26,224 bases of DNA from Minisyncoccota bacterium. GTDB lineage: Bacteria; Patescibacteriota; Minisyncoccia; Phycocordibacterales; CSBR16-193. Under the pieces are notes generated by a model that worked only from the letters and a program-made list of their open reading frames with translations, did not search any database and was not told where the DNA came from. Positions within the stretch are counted from its first letter, which is position 1. The number at the start of each line of letters is the position of its first letter. Position numbers and translations under genes: made by a program. The stretch covers positions 1 to 26,224 of the forward strand of contig JBBDHZ010000144.1 of NCBI GenBank assembly GCA_040880645.1, written 5' to 3'. Positions 25,889 through 26,224 of this stretch are shown piece after piece.

Positions 25889-25942
25889 GGTTTCTGCCCC
25901 ATCTGCCGAATCAGGCTCGTCGAGGTTTCTGCCCCACCTCCA
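25889..25942. repeat. Two 20-bp direct repeats AGGTTTCTGCCCCA(T/C)CT(G/C)C separated by 14 bp
   Basis: Read directly in the intergenic region between the helicase start (25572, minus) and the plus-strand secreted-protein start (~26047). Candidate regulator binding sites. Confidence 0.3.
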
Positions 25943-26046
25943 CGGGCCGATTTTATTTCTTGGCGTTCGGTGCTTCGATTCAGTAGACTGCTCCCTGCAC
26001 CGAAGCGGTTCTGGAAGTGGCCGTAATGTATCCGTAGATACTCCGC

Positions 26047-26224
26047 ATGCAGCAACCGAATTCCTCGCATCTGAGAACGATAAGGGAACACGCCTTGGCC
26101 ATACATCGCACGCTGATCGTTTTGGCGATCATTGGCACGTCGCTGGCACGCGCCGAAACGCCGACGAGACTTGACCGAGATAATCTGCTTCAGTACCGGG
26201 ATTCGGATGGACAGATCCAGCCTG
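26047..26224 (+). CDS. 5' end of a secreted/exported protein gene (signal peptide), continues beyond window end
   Basis: Hand translation from ATG 26047 is open to the window end: MQQPNSSHLRTIREHALAIHRTLIVLAIIGTSLARAETPTRLDRDNLLQYRDSDGQIQP. There is a hydrophobic core plus an A-x-A cleavage-like site. An alternative TTG start at 26095 gives a compact signal peptide. Absent from the ORF track because no stop lies within the window. Confidence 0.35.
   Translation, partial: MQQPNSSHLRTIREHALAIHRTLIVLAIIGTSLARAETPTRLDRDNLLQYRDSDGQIQP

Noticed and set aside
25889-25942. CRISPR array
   Set aside because: Only two imperfect repeats with one 14-bp spacer. No cas genes are present.

Overview
High-GC window in the style of a Planctomycetes chromosome. 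Its left edge (1-3.5 kb) carries housekeeping-type genes and a mobility scar: a frameshifted secreted cupredoxin gene running off the window start, a degenerate tRNA-like sequence, a four-helix-bundle (23S-rRNA IVS-type) protein, an SPFH/band-7 protein and a broken serine-recombinase gene. From ~3.6 to 25.6 kb nearly everything is on the minus strand and forms one large defence island. Read 5'->3' on the minus strand, it contains: an SNF2-family helicase with a C-terminal DUF3883/NOV_C-type nuclease-like domain; a 1440-aa sacsin/NO-VEIN-like GHKL ATPase; an AlbA_2(Schlafen-like)+HATPase_c_4 putative regulator; a DUF1156 Zn-ribbon N6-adenine methyltransferase interrupted by an in-frame TGA; a relic RHH-antitoxin/PIN-toxin pair; a HEPN-DUF499 P-loop ATPase; a 600-aa protein with a nitrilase-superfamily (CN-hydrolase) catalytic triad; and a ~1215-aa Rad50/SbcC-like ABC ATPase (N-terminal extension, long coiled coil, CPLCG zinc hook) interrupted by an in-frame TAA. 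I recall the DUF1156/DUF499/helicase trio as a predicted R-M-like module (e.g. Makarova et al. 2011), but could not verify this from memory. The nitrilase-like + Rad50-like pair, and the GHKL + AlbA_2 pair translationally coupled to the helicase, are the best candidates here for undescribed defence modules. Several genes (cupredoxin, resolvase, methyltransferase, SbcC-like, PIN) are visibly broken, which suggests a decaying island. The right edge holds an intergenic region with 20-bp direct repeats and the start of a plus-strand secreted protein. All domain calls come from motif reading by eye, with no searches run. The + strand ORFs in the track that overlap the large minus-strand genes look like shadow ORFs.
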